A DNA stretch of 64,000 bases from an uncultured Bacilli bacterium (GCA_934168325.1 CAKPNG010000004.1:873-64872), one strand, 5' to 3'. Shown: positions 28,201-37,692, counted from the stretch's first letter. The notes: generated by a model from the letters alone, not told the origin. Numbers and translations are program-made.

Positions 28201-29329
28201 TAGTACCGTTTTCTTTTAATTTCTTAAATACTTTAAATGATTCACTCTTACCATCAAAATCATCTAAATCTTGACCTAAAGACATATTTAAGACATCAAC
28301 GTTAAGAGTTAAAGCATCATTTAATGCTTTTAAAATAACACTATCATTAGCACCAGTTGATGGAACAACACTATTACTAACATCAATTGATAAAGGAACA
28401 TTATCAGTAAAGACCTTCATTAAAGCAAGTTGAGCATCAGGGGCTACACCTTGATAGGTAGGATCATTTCCAGCAATAATACCAGCAACGTGAGTACCAT
28501 GTTCACTATAAGGTGAATAAGCATCAAAATCTGGAACATATTCAATTGAAGAATAACTTGTATATCTTGTTTCTTTACCATCTTTTCTTGTATAATAAGC
28601 AACTACTTCGCCACTATCATCATTTTCAGTATAAACTGTACCACCATAATCATAAGCAAATGGTATTTTACTATTTATATATGTTGAATGAGTTGTATCA
28701 CTTTTAGCATAGAAACTATCAGCATTATTAATTAAAGTAGTAATTTGATCTTCAGTATATTTAACTTTAGATGCATCTAAAGGTTGGAAAGCATTATGAG
28801 CAGTATAGAAACCACTATCTAATACAGCAACTAAAGTGCCTGCACCTTTATTAGATGAAGTAGGTACATTCATTGTATCTAAACTATTATTAGAAACTGT
28901 ACCAGTTCCACTACTACTACCACCATCTAAAGTAACTGATTCATTAATTACATTATAATCAGCACCTTCAATCTCACTATTTGTCATATCAGCAAAACGA
29001 TATACCTTATCTTCAGTTACACTTTCTACTAAAGGCATATTTTCAATGACTGAGACTTTATCTTCATTAACTCTTAATAACATTGCGTTAGTAGCTTTTG
29101 TATAATTTTCAACAAATTCATAATTAAAACCAATGTAATTATGTAAAGCTTTTCTAAAAGCTTCTTGAGAAGCTTCGACATCACTTTCACTACTACTAAA
29201 AGGATCAACATTTAAAGAAACAATAATTGTTTTATTTAATGGATCTTTTGTTACTTTATTATAATCAGCTGAACTAATTGTAAAACTTAAAGCACCAAGA
29301 GTTAACATCATTAATCCTATTTTTTTCAT
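25274..29329 (-). CDS. Subtilisin-family (S8) cell-envelope protease, lactocepin/C5a-peptidase-like, with a C-terminal TM anchor
   Basis: Signal peptide and an I9-like propeptide. Catalytic motifs are VAVLDSGF (Asp), HGTHVAGI (His) and SGTSMSAPNYSG (Ser), with a PA-like insert between His and Ser. The protein ends with CGGS plus a hydrophobic helix and RKKKKTK. Confidence 0.85.
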   Translation of the reverse strand: MKKIGLMMLTLGALSFTISSADYNKVTKDPLNKTIIVSLNVDPFSSSESDVEASQEAFRKALHNYIGFNYEFVENYTKATNAMLLRVNEDKVSVIENMPLVESVTEDKVYRFADMTNSEIEGADYNVINESVTLDGGSSSGTGTVSNNSLDTMNVPTSSNKGAGTLVAVLDSGFYTAHNAFQPLDASKVKYTEDQITTLINNADSFYAKSDTTHSTYINSKIPFAYDYGGTVYTENDDSGEVVAYYTRKDGKETRYTSYSSIEYVPDFDAYSPYSEHGTHVAGIIAGNDPTYQGVAPDAQLALMKVFTDNVPLSIDVSNSVVPSTGANDSVILKALNDALTLNVDVLNMSLGQDLDDFDGKSESFKVFKKLKENGTICSVSAGNNGRQLYNSMGPYANYLKDFVDNGTLGSYANSEDVMTIGSGNLEIQHYDKAFIVGSNAVSYDDQATKERNDSLNEDLPFSKLVDEIGTEIEYVYIDGFGETADFEKTFPEGSDARPLANKICVVDRGGGVAFTTKIINAITYGAAGVIIVNNDPGATDFNMRMDFSKFVESITVPVAMVLQKDRNNLKNASNKVLSIAANTDRANANVGKMSEFSTDGATYDLRIKPDITAPGSAIRGPVPGDKTDYTTYEFIKDKTAYKYLSGTSMSAPNYSGAVALLISENNTGTKEETKAYKDTIPMRTMSTAKVTSSKTGYVDLSKDSDEGINSLYSPRRSGSGMVDVGEALKSKIYLEGTTEKKAKVELYNNEDIAQGNIKFSFKAHSELTSDVKYKASIFVLKPDTVTYTEEVQPGNDPEFPEYMGKEFQSIEDKLIKKVDLGEVVIKGNGETVINVSTSLTTEEKAAIEEKFPNGTYLEGYVYLSPVDTSKTELTDLNIPYMGFYGDYFAQEPVEPFDFEKEEGKVYGSDILNTLAKRLSLVEADYGSYIGAINIQDIFKESAFLTNMQQMWLNNSNIKKITTPINKVDGNKLYVGASGATSGLFIQLYVNRAINNSNIELIGPDGKNYALDVLGEDASGNRNHPRFYDPLLGASTDGLAKSFAGASWLGNLIAHRAHAFIPLTKVAGGSEMLDSGEYTLRMTFTYQASATGKFGEAKTFTKEVKVIIDSESPEITKVEITKVKGTEYLRVYFKEDYLYSASFNGGFIGDGKFTKVSNGSYYAEVKLSEVKENSPDGKVYLEAVDAAYGSNKYLFNVNNLSKGGVLFNDSSLTPGYSLTEEITDKVEGSTLTRTYSEALLDAEGNTISLSKSSKTITVSVKDFKAGFKVYRILASGLTPEITNYTLSSDGQYITFRLRDAQFKIVGQASSSYSSGKKGCGGSVITSSIVLSSLALGGLATTLAIRKKKKTK

Positions 29330-29350
29330 AAATTCTCCTTTCTTTTCATT

Positions 29351-29377
29351 GAAAGACCATCCTAAAGGATGGCTTTC
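29351..29377 (-). other. Stem-loop between the 487-aa lipoprotein gene and the protease gene
   Basis: GAAAGACCATCC-TAAA-GGATGGCTTTC forms a stem with one bulge. No U-run follows on the minus strand, so it may be a processing or stability element rather than a terminator. Confidence 0.35.
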
Positions 29378-29399
29378 ATTATTGTATTTAATATATTAC

Positions 29400-30863
29400 T
29401 TATTTAGCAGTTGAATGTAAATAATTATATACTGGTCCAAATTCTACACCAAAGTGAGAATAGACAATTTCGTCATTTGGAAGAACATAGCCTTCGCCAA
29501 CAACATAATTTATAAAAACTTTATCATCACTAAGATCTTCTTCAGTTCCATTTTTGTTATAGTCATAAATTACACCAGTTTCAACAAATCCTGCTAAAAG
29601 CAAAAGACTATCAACTGAATCTAAAGCAGTACCAAGGCCAAAGCAATTTCCGTAATCTATTGCAGCATATCCTTTATTGCCTTTATTATCGTATTCACCA
29701 TAACTTCCGCCTAAGAAACTATAATTTGTAAAAGCAGAACCTGATTGTAAATATGCTAAGCCAAATTTAATTGCTTGATGTTGTAAATATTGTTGAACTT
29801 CAATACCAGCTTGTTTTAATTGAGCAGCAGTTGCTAAAATTCCTGATTGTAATTCATAATTAGTTTTTTGAGTAGCATAAACTTGATATAAATCACCTGT
29901 ACTATTTACAGCATAGAAAATATATTGATCTGTAGCAGTTGTTTCACCTTTAATTACATATCCCCAATATTCATTTGAATAATAAACATCAGCTTTTTGT
30001 CCGCCAGTTAATTCAACATCTCTAACAGAATAGGTGTTGTTATTAACCATTTCAGTGAATTTTTTAAAATCATCGTGAGCTTCTAATTTAGTGCCCTTAA
30101 CAACTTCAAGGAATTTAGCATTACTAAAATCTAAATTTGGTAAATATTCATTTGATTCAGGTAAGAATGTTGTGGCAAGTGATCCACTAATTGTATATGT
30201 GCTTAATTTCCCACCTAAGCTAATTTCTAAAGATAATAATCCGTTACTAGCTTTAAATGTCATATCAGTAATATAACTTGTAAATGAACCAAGTCTTAAC
30301 ATACCTGATAAATATATCATTTCATAATATGCAGTTTCATTAGTGAAGTCGCCATCAGCATTAACAGATAAATCTAACGAATATTCTTTAACATCAAAAG
30401 TACCTTCAGTTTTTAAATTTTGAGCAGTTTTTCCTTCAACAAATGTATTAAAGAAATCACTAAAAGTAATAGCAAATTCTTCATAACTTGTTGCAACTGT
30501 TTTATCTACATATCCTGCACTGAAAATGCTTCCTTTTTCTTCAAAGAAACTTCCAACACCAACGCCTTCTAAATTTACTAAACCACCAGTAACGGTATTA
30601 GCTTGTCTAGCGCCTGTAGTTACTGTATAAAGACAAGCATCTTTACTAAATTCAACAGCTGAACTATAAGTAATTTCTCCTGATAAAGAATAAGTTCCAG
30701 CAGTTTCAATTCTAAGTTCACTAGCTTCAGCTAAAGTTTTCATTGCACTATGAACAGTAGTTGTATCTTCTTTTGGCTTTTCTGGTTCTTTCCCTTGTTT
30801 ACAGCTTGTAACACCAAGAACGAGTGCACTTAAACTTAATGCATATAATAATGTTTTTTTCAT
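29400..30863 (-). CDS. Lipoprotein, unknown function
   Basis: Lipobox GVTSC. Its composition is A/G/T/V-rich, like 9655-11838 and 60847-62400. Confidence 0.65.
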   Translation of the reverse strand: MKKTLLYALSLSALVLGVTSCKQGKEPEKPKEDTTTVHSAMKTLAEASELRIETAGTYSLSGEITYSSAVEFSKDACLYTVTTGARQANTVTGGLVNLEGVGVGSFFEEKGSIFSAGYVDKTVATSYEEFAITFSDFFNTFVEGKTAQNLKTEGTFDVKEYSLDLSVNADGDFTNETAYYEMIYLSGMLRLGSFTSYITDMTFKASNGLLSLEISLGGKLSTYTISGSLATTFLPESNEYLPNLDFSNAKFLEVVKGTKLEAHDDFKKFTEMVNNNTYSVRDVELTGGQKADVYYSNEYWGYVIKGETTATDQYIFYAVNSTGDLYQVYATQKTNYELQSGILATAAQLKQAGIEVQQYLQHQAIKFGLAYLQSGSAFTNYSFLGGSYGEYDNKGNKGYAAIDYGNCFGLGTALDSVDSLLLLAGFVETGVIYDYNKNGTEEDLSDDKVFINYVVGEGYVLPNDEIVYSHFGVEFGPVYNYLHSTAK

Positions 30864-30961
30864 ATTTTAACTCTCCTTTTTTAATGGTTATAAAAAAGTT
30901 ATTTTCGCCATGAATAATAACTTGCCATATTTTACTTTTATTATTAATAAAATAATAAGAA

Positions 30962-31047
30962 AAAAAGCCTTCTTAATATTTAATTAATAAAATACTAATA
31001 TACACGATTATATCTATATTTTATTTAATATTAAGATAGGCTTTTTA
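30962..31047 (-). terminator. Long inverted repeat downstream of the 748-aa lipoprotein gene
   Basis: AAAAAGCCTTCTTAATATTTAA (from 30962) faces TTAAATATTAAGATAGGCTTTTT (ending 31047), with a loop of about 35 nt. Confidence 0.35.
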
Positions 31048-31058
31048 TAATAAATTAA

Positions 31059-33305
31059 CTAGATTTTTCTTTCTCTATATATACCAATATAGTTATGAGC
31101 AAAGCTATTTAAGAAATAAAGTATTAATCCAGACTCATTTTTATAGAATGTTTGAGTTATAACTCCATCACTATTATAGTTATAATCATAAACTGGCCAA
31201 TCAGTATTATTTTCAAATGCTTTTAAGATATTAGCATTAGCTAAAGCAGCATTATTCATAGCGGTATTTCCATTTGATGCATGATATATAATATGAATTA
31301 ATACACGATCACTACTACCATCATAATATTCGCTAACTTCAAAATCTTTTTCATCTTGAATACCAGTTATAGTTGGAAGAGTTACTTCTTCTTGGAAACG
31401 ATAATTAAGTAATTCTTGAACTTTTGAATATTCAGTTAGTCCTGAATAAGTCTTTTTATAACTAATAACCATAACTAGATAAGAAATACCATATGTTTTA
31501 TTAGTTGAATATAAGAATTGAATTGTAAATCTACCATCTTTTGAAGTAGCTTTATAAACTCCAGAAGTACTATTTAATGTAACAGTCCATCCAGCTTGTT
31601 CTAATTTTTCTTTATATTCGCTAGATATATCGTTGCTCATTTCAATTTGTAATTGATAACTTGTTTCAGTAATAGATATTTTACCAGTACTAGCATCTTG
31701 AGTTTTATATTTTCCAAAATAATAACTTGATCCATTAGTAATTTCAGGAATAGTTGGGATTTCTCCTCTAGTATTTTGATTTAAAAATGCATTTATATCA
31801 TCTTTTGGGAATGAGGTAGCAAATTGAGCTAAACCAACACTACAAGCAATTACACCTCTATTTACATTTTTATATATTGGATAATTTTGTAAGAATGTAG
31901 TTTTAGAAAAATAAGTTAAGATAATGAATGTTGTATCATTAGGATTAATTAAATAAGCATTTCCATTACCTACTGATTTAGATTTCCATCCTTTTCTAAC
32001 TAATTCTAAGAAATATGTTTCTAAATCATCATTACTTAAATTAATCATAAAATAATTTAGACCAATTCCATTACGACTATTCATGTTATAGCCAGCTCGA
32101 TAGAAAATTGTATCATAAATTCTATTTTCTAATCTAGGAACGCTTTCAAGTAATCCACCAAAATATGTTTCAGATAAATCGACTGAACTATATTGATAAG
32201 AAATATCAGTATTAAGTAATGAATAAAGTAAAACTTGAATATTTTTATTTTTAGCAACATATTGCATTTGAATTCTAAATGTACCTAAAGGATCCATAGC
32301 TCCTTTACCATCACTATTTGAGAAATTAAATGTTGTTAAACCTAATTTTTTCTCTAAGAAATTTGCTAGATAGTTGACACCATTTGATGTATCATCTTCA
32401 CCTACTTTTTTAGTAGTATCTGGTTTATAATATATGACACTTGCTGGTAATCCATTATTAGTTAAATAGGTTCTAGCACTCATAATATTCTTGCCAGAAT
32501 CTTTTAAAACCCCGTCAAACGAAGATATTTTTGTTAAATTTACATAACGACCTTCACTAGCAAATATATGTACTGGAAGTTTATCTTTTTCTTTATATTC
32601 TTTATCATCTAGATAACTTACTTTGACATAAAATTCTTCGTTATTTTCTGCATCAACACCGAAATTTAAATTGAATTCGTAATTAGGATTTATTGCTTCA
32701 TAATATTCATTCTTTTTAACTTCGTTAACTTTATAGCCAGCTTTTGCTAGTTTTTCTTTATAAACAATAATATTAGAATAATCTAGATTTTCACCATAAA
32801 TATAAAATGATCCATCACTACTTATTTTATGTGTATAAACTGTACTATAGAAGAAAGGAACACAATCTGTAACATAATAATTACCTAAATAACTTCTAAG
32901 TCCAGCGACTTTTCCCATCTCTTCTTCATCACCAGTACTTGCACTATTATCTAATATAACTTGATTAACCCAATCGCCTGTTTGTTCAGTTAAAATCCAT
33001 CCTGCATAAACGTCAATTGAAGCATTAACAATACTATTTTTATAGAAAACATTTTCTTTAGTTAAATTAGTTGCACTACTTATATCTTTATACCAATTAA
33101 CAAAAGTATATTCACCATTAACTCTACTAGGAGTAAATAATTCAGTGATCTTACTACCTTTTTTATAAGACTCTACTTTAGTTGTATGTAATTCATCTTG
33201 AAGGTGATAAGTAATAGTAATATCTTTATTTTCATCATTACAGCTTACTAATGAAAAACTGCTTATAATTAATGATAACCCTGCTAAAATAAATTTATTT
33301 TTCAT
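31059..33305 (-). CDS. Lipoprotein with an N-terminal Listeria-Bacteroides (Flg_new-type) repeat and about five internal alpha/beta modules
   Basis: Lipobox SLVSC. GEYTFVNWYKD...IDVYAGW is typical of Flg_new. The repeated modules are KEKLAKAGYKV..., ELVRKGWKSK... and KEKLEQAGWTV.... Confidence 0.65.
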   Translation of the reverse strand: MKNKFILAGLSLIISSFSLVSCNDENKDITITYHLQDELHTTKVESYKKGSKITELFTPSRVNGEYTFVNWYKDISSATNLTKENVFYKNSIVNASIDVYAGWILTEQTGDWVNQVILDNSASTGDEEEMGKVAGLRSYLGNYYVTDCVPFFYSTVYTHKISSDGSFYIYGENLDYSNIIVYKEKLAKAGYKVNEVKKNEYYEAINPNYEFNLNFGVDAENNEEFYVKVSYLDDKEYKEKDKLPVHIFASEGRYVNLTKISSFDGVLKDSGKNIMSARTYLTNNGLPASVIYYKPDTTKKVGEDDTSNGVNYLANFLEKKLGLTTFNFSNSDGKGAMDPLGTFRIQMQYVAKNKNIQVLLYSLLNTDISYQYSSVDLSETYFGGLLESVPRLENRIYDTIFYRAGYNMNSRNGIGLNYFMINLSNDDLETYFLELVRKGWKSKSVGNGNAYLINPNDTTFIILTYFSKTTFLQNYPIYKNVNRGVIACSVGLAQFATSFPKDDINAFLNQNTRGEIPTIPEITNGSSYYFGKYKTQDASTGKISITETSYQLQIEMSNDISSEYKEKLEQAGWTVTLNSTSGVYKATSKDGRFTIQFLYSTNKTYGISYLVMVISYKKTYSGLTEYSKVQELLNYRFQEEVTLPTITGIQDEKDFEVSEYYDGSSDRVLIHIIYHASNGNTAMNNAALANANILKAFENNTDWPVYDYNYNSDGVITQTFYKNESGLILYFLNSFAHNYIGIYRERKI

Positions 33306-33317
33306 ATTTCAATCCCC

Positions 33318-34988
33318 TTATTTAGCTAAATAAGCCTCAACACTTGCATAACTTGTAGTTCCAAAATTATCAAGAGTATGGTCTAAATAAATAAGACCTA
33401 AATAATTAAATAAATACCAAATATCTATTTTAGTAATATTATTAGCATCATCTTTAGTTATTTTAAAAGCACCACCATAACTTGCGTCTTCAAGTCCAAA
33501 TCCATAATAATTAGCAAATTGTTCTGTAAAAGCTAGATCTCTAGTAATATAAGCATCATTAGGTTCACTATAAATCATAGTGTCAATGTAATTTAATACT
33601 TTTAATGACTTAGGATATCTTAAAAAGTCAACTACACCACCAACGTATTCACTAAAATCACCTACTTTTTCACTAATTACTACTTGATCTTTATCATCTA
33701 AAGTAAATTTATAAATACCATTATATTCACCTTTATTTCTTAAGTTAATATAACCTTCAGTTTTCAAAGTATCATCTTCTTTTAATCCATCACTAGTAGG
33801 AATTGATAAATAATATTCATTAGTATAATATTCATTAGTTTTAGTAATTAATACATTTTTACCATTTTCATCAGTAACTACATTACCTTCATCATCATGC
33901 TTATTAGTAACTCTAACACCATGGAAATTATTATTTAATAGTAATTCTTTAGCTTTACTTAATTCAGTAGGTACTTCATAAGCACTTCCACCTTTATTAA
34001 CATAATCTTTAATCTCAGTTAAGCTAACATTATCAAAATTATCAATAGTTCCATATAAATAGCCTAATAATTGTTCATAACAATCTAATGTATAATTAAT
34101 AGATGATATCGAATTATTTTCATAATTAATAGTTAAATAAATACAACTAATATAAGGAGCAATCTTTTCAATAAATCTACTAGCTACAGCAAAAGCTTTT
34201 TTAATTTCTAAATCAGTAATCATATATTGATGTTCACCAATTTTCATATTCTTTTGATAAGTTTCTAAATTAGGAATACCACTAAAAGAAGGTATTTGAT
34301 TATAAATAGTATTACTATAATCACCCTTATTATTAGTACAGAATTCATATGGAGTAATAGTTTTATCACTATTCTTATAATATTTAAATACTTTATTATT
34401 CTTATCTAAAGCATATCCATATGAATCATTATCATCATCAAGATGAGCTTCATAATAATATTCACCATCAAAATATCTATCTAATTTAAAACTTGATCCA
34501 GTAATAGTTGATTCTTGCAAAGCATGATAATTAGTTTTACTTTTAATTAAATCAATAGCAGATTTAAGTTCAACTGAATTCTTCTCATCAAGTACAATAC
34601 CTGTATTACATAAAATAGGACAATAAGCTACTTTATTACCATCCTCAGTTGTAATTTTAGCAACTGTTTTACCTATTTTATTAGCTCTAATAACGTTATT
34701 ATCAAGTAAAGTAGCTACACTTTCATCAATAATTTCAATCTTAACTTTTTGATTAGTAGCATTACTTGGTAATATCTTATATCTAAGCTGAGCCTGTCCT
34801 AAATAAGCTAAAGTAATTGAATCATCTAAGAAATAGACAGCTTCTACTTTAACTTCTTTAGGAGTAACAGGACCAGGTTCTTCTATATCAGGATCAATAA
34901 TAGGAGGTAATGAATTAGAACTATTACAAGAAGCTAATGATAAAGTTAATAAACTTAATAATAATATATTCTTTTTCATAATCTTCAT
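33318..34988 (-). CDS. Lipoprotein with an N-terminal BIG2 domain
   Basis: Lipobox SLASC. BIG2-like segment VEAVYFLDDSITL...ILPSNATNQKV...KIGKTVAKITTEDG. Confidence 0.65.
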   Translation of the reverse strand: MKIMKKNILLLSLLTLSLASCNSSNSLPPIIDPDIEEPGPVTPKEVKVEAVYFLDDSITLAYLGQAQLRYKILPSNATNQKVKIEIIDESVATLLDNNVIRANKIGKTVAKITTEDGNKVAYCPILCNTGIVLDEKNSVELKSAIDLIKSKTNYHALQESTITGSSFKLDRYFDGEYYYEAHLDDDNDSYGYALDKNNKVFKYYKNSDKTITPYEFCTNNKGDYSNTIYNQIPSFSGIPNLETYQKNMKIGEHQYMITDLEIKKAFAVASRFIEKIAPYISCIYLTINYENNSISSINYTLDCYEQLLGYLYGTIDNFDNVSLTEIKDYVNKGGSAYEVPTELSKAKELLLNNNFHGVRVTNKHDDEGNVVTDENGKNVLITKTNEYYTNEYYLSIPTSDGLKEDDTLKTEGYINLRNKGEYNGIYKFTLDDKDQVVISEKVGDFSEYVGGVVDFLRYPKSLKVLNYIDTMIYSEPNDAYITRDLAFTEQFANYYGFGLEDASYGGAFKITKDDANNITKIDIWYLFNYLGLIYLDHTLDNFGTTSYASVEAYLAK

Positions 34989-34998
34989 TTCCCCCTAA

Positions 34999-37692
34999 TT
35001 AAAATGTTTTTTGTTCATAATTGAAATACATGAAATCATTAGTAGGATTTTCAGTACTATATTTTTGGAAAATAAGTTTTAAAGTAGCATCACTTACCTT
35101 AATTAAAAGTCCACCATTATAATCATCATATGATCCAGTATAATAAATCTTTCTAACAGTAGATCCTTTAAATGAATCACTACTAACTGATAAATAAGTT
35201 CTACTTAAAACAGGATTAGTAACGAATTTATTAAATAAGACTTCTTTTAAAGCAGTAGTATCTTTAAATGCTCTACTAGAAATAGTATATAATTCTTCAT
35301 TAAATGAAACTTTATTTAAATATGCATTTCCTAAGAAAGCTTGTGAATAAATAGTTAAAGTTTTTTCAGGAACATTATAGATAGAATCTGTTTTATTAGT
35401 AGGATAAGCAGCTAAATAACTATAAGTAGGATCTTTAGTAGCAATTTCAAATAAAACACCATCAATTGCTTTATATTTAGTATTTTCACTACCTACAGTA
35501 ATAGATGCTAATCTCTTACAACCATTGAAAGTGAAATCAGCTTCTTTTGATGAACTACTATTAACTTTAAATGATGTAACACTACTAGGAATATTAAGAG
35601 TTTCTAATGATTCATCATTAATAAAGCATCCATAATCAACAGTTTTAAGACCTTCAGGTAATGTAATTTCTTTAAGACTCTTAAATCCAGATAAAGATTT
35701 AGAAGCTAAAGATGTTAATTTTGAAGGTAAAGTTAATGAAGTAACTGCACTATTATTATTAATCATATAAGATCCAATAGAAGTTAATCCATCAGGAAGT
35801 TTCAAAGTCTTTAATTGATCATTAGAGCTAACCGAATAATTTCCTAATTTTGTAATAGAATCTGGAAGAACTGCTTCAGTAATACCAGTATTATTAAAAG
35901 CATAATCTCCAATACTAGTAATTCCATCATAGAAAGTAAAACCAGTAAATTTTTCACAATTTCTAAATGTACTAGCTGGAATATCTAAAATTGTATTTGG
36001 CCATTTGACAGTTGTTAATTCTTTACAACCTTCAAATGCACCCTCACCGACAGTAGTAACAGCATGAATATCAACACTTTCAAGATGAGTTCCACTAAAT
36101 GCACCATCTTCAATAGTAGTTACAGAACTTAGAGCAGTATATGTTTTATCTGCTTTCATTGGAGGATAACATAATACTTTAGATTTATCTTTATTATAAA
36201 GAATACCATCACTAGTTGAGAAAGCTTCATTTTCTTCACTAATAACGATTTCTTTTAAAGCAGCATTGCCTTTAATTGCATTTGGATCTAATCCTTCATC
36301 ATCATCTTTTGTTCTAGTACCTTTATCATCATAAGCTTTTAACGCTTTTGGTAAAATAATCTTTGTTAAATTTGGATTACTACTTATAGCCATATTACCA
36401 ATATATGTAACAGTATTAGGAACTTTAAATTCAGTTAAATAAGGTAAACTTTGGAAACAAGCACCTTGAATTCTTTCGAGTGCTTCAGGTAAAACAAACG
36501 ATTTTAAATTATTACAACTTGGAAACATTCTTTCAATAATTTTAATATTTTTAGGAAGTTTAACAGATTCTAATGCACTACATTTAACAAATAATGACAT
36601 TATTTTGTCATCAACTTTACCTTTAGTATTAATACAACCTTTAATTGAATCAGGTAAAGTAACTTTAACTAAACTTGTACAACTGTTATATAAGTTCATA
36701 CCTATATATTCAATACCTTCAGGTAAAGAACCATCTTCTAAGGATTTACAGTTATAGAAACAGTTATAACCGATATCTTTTAAAGTTGATGGATAATGTA
36801 ATGTATATAAAGATGTACAACTATAAAATGCAGTATTACCAATAGCAGTTACGCCTTCACTAATTTTAATTCTTTCAAGAGTTTGACTATTTTTGAAACA
36901 GTTATTACCAATCTTGGTAACTTTATATGTTTCATTATTAGTAGGATTAACTACTTCAGTAGGTGTAATAACAGCAGTACTTGTTCCTTTATATGTAGAT
37001 AATGTAGCTTCTTTAGTTGCATCATCAAAAGTTACAGCAAAATCACCTTGTTCAGCAACTGTTAAAGTTGGCATAACGTGAATTTTAATTTCATCACTTA
37101 AAGTTCCACAAGTTGCAGTAATGAAAACGAAACCATCACTTTCAGCAGTAACATTACCTTCTAAATCGATAGTTACATAACGATCATCATAGCCTTCAAT
37201 CTTTTTAATACCCCATGTAACTTCTTTATCAGTAGCATTTTCAGGTAAAACAGTAGCAGTTAATTTAAATGTATCGCCAACTTCAACTTCTAAGTTTTCT
37301 CCTTCATTAATAGTAATGCTTTCTACTTCAATTGGAGCAACATTAACAACAATAGTATCTTCAAGTCCATCGACTGTAGCTTTTAAAGTAAGTGTTCCAA
37401 CTCCTGAAGCTGTAAATTCGCCTTGTTCACTTATAGCACCGATTGTAGCAGGATCAGTAACTCCATCATCTACGAAAGAAAAAGCTACTTTTGAAGTAGT
37501 ATCGGCTGGTTCTACTTCGACTTCAAATTTGTGTGTGTCTCCTACTTTAAGAGTAAGACTATCGCCATCTTTGAAACTGATTGACGTTGCTTTGACTTCT
37601 TTTTGACAACTAGTCAAAGTATAAAAAGTTGTGGTAGATATCCCTAATCCAAGGATTAAAGAGGATAATCTTAAAATATTGATTTTTTTCAT
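34999..37692 (-). CDS. Lipoprotein with two BIG2 domains and a long BspA-type leucine-rich repeat (LRR_5) region
   Basis: Lipobox TLTSC and two BIG2 segments (EPADTTSKV..., LPENATDKEVTW...). There are many repeats of the form IGN.CF.N...L..I.I...VT.IG..AF..C..L. Confidence 0.75.
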   Translation of the reverse strand: MKKINILRLSSLILGLGISTTTFYTLTSCQKEVKATSISFKDGDSLTLKVGDTHKFEVEVEPADTTSKVAFSFVDDGVTDPATIGAISEQGEFTASGVGTLTLKATVDGLEDTIVVNVAPIEVESITINEGENLEVEVGDTFKLTATVLPENATDKEVTWGIKKIEGYDDRYVTIDLEGNVTAESDGFVFITATCGTLSDEIKIHVMPTLTVAEQGDFAVTFDDATKEATLSTYKGTSTAVITPTEVVNPTNNETYKVTKIGNNCFKNSQTLERIKISEGVTAIGNTAFYSCTSLYTLHYPSTLKDIGYNCFYNCKSLEDGSLPEGIEYIGMNLYNSCTSLVKVTLPDSIKGCINTKGKVDDKIMSLFVKCSALESVKLPKNIKIIERMFPSCNNLKSFVLPEALERIQGACFQSLPYLTEFKVPNTVTYIGNMAISSNPNLTKIILPKALKAYDDKGTRTKDDDEGLDPNAIKGNAALKEIVISEENEAFSTSDGILYNKDKSKVLCYPPMKADKTYTALSSVTTIEDGAFSGTHLESVDIHAVTTVGEGAFEGCKELTTVKWPNTILDIPASTFRNCEKFTGFTFYDGITSIGDYAFNNTGITEAVLPDSITKLGNYSVSSNDQLKTLKLPDGLTSIGSYMINNNSAVTSLTLPSKLTSLASKSLSGFKSLKEITLPEGLKTVDYGCFINDESLETLNIPSSVTSFKVNSSSSKEADFTFNGCKRLASITVGSENTKYKAIDGVLFEIATKDPTYSYLAAYPTNKTDSIYNVPEKTLTIYSQAFLGNAYLNKVSFNEELYTISSRAFKDTTALKEVLFNKFVTNPVLSRTYLSVSSDSFKGSTVRKIYYTGSYDDYNGGLLIKVSDATLKLIFQKYSTENPTNDFMYFNYEQKTF

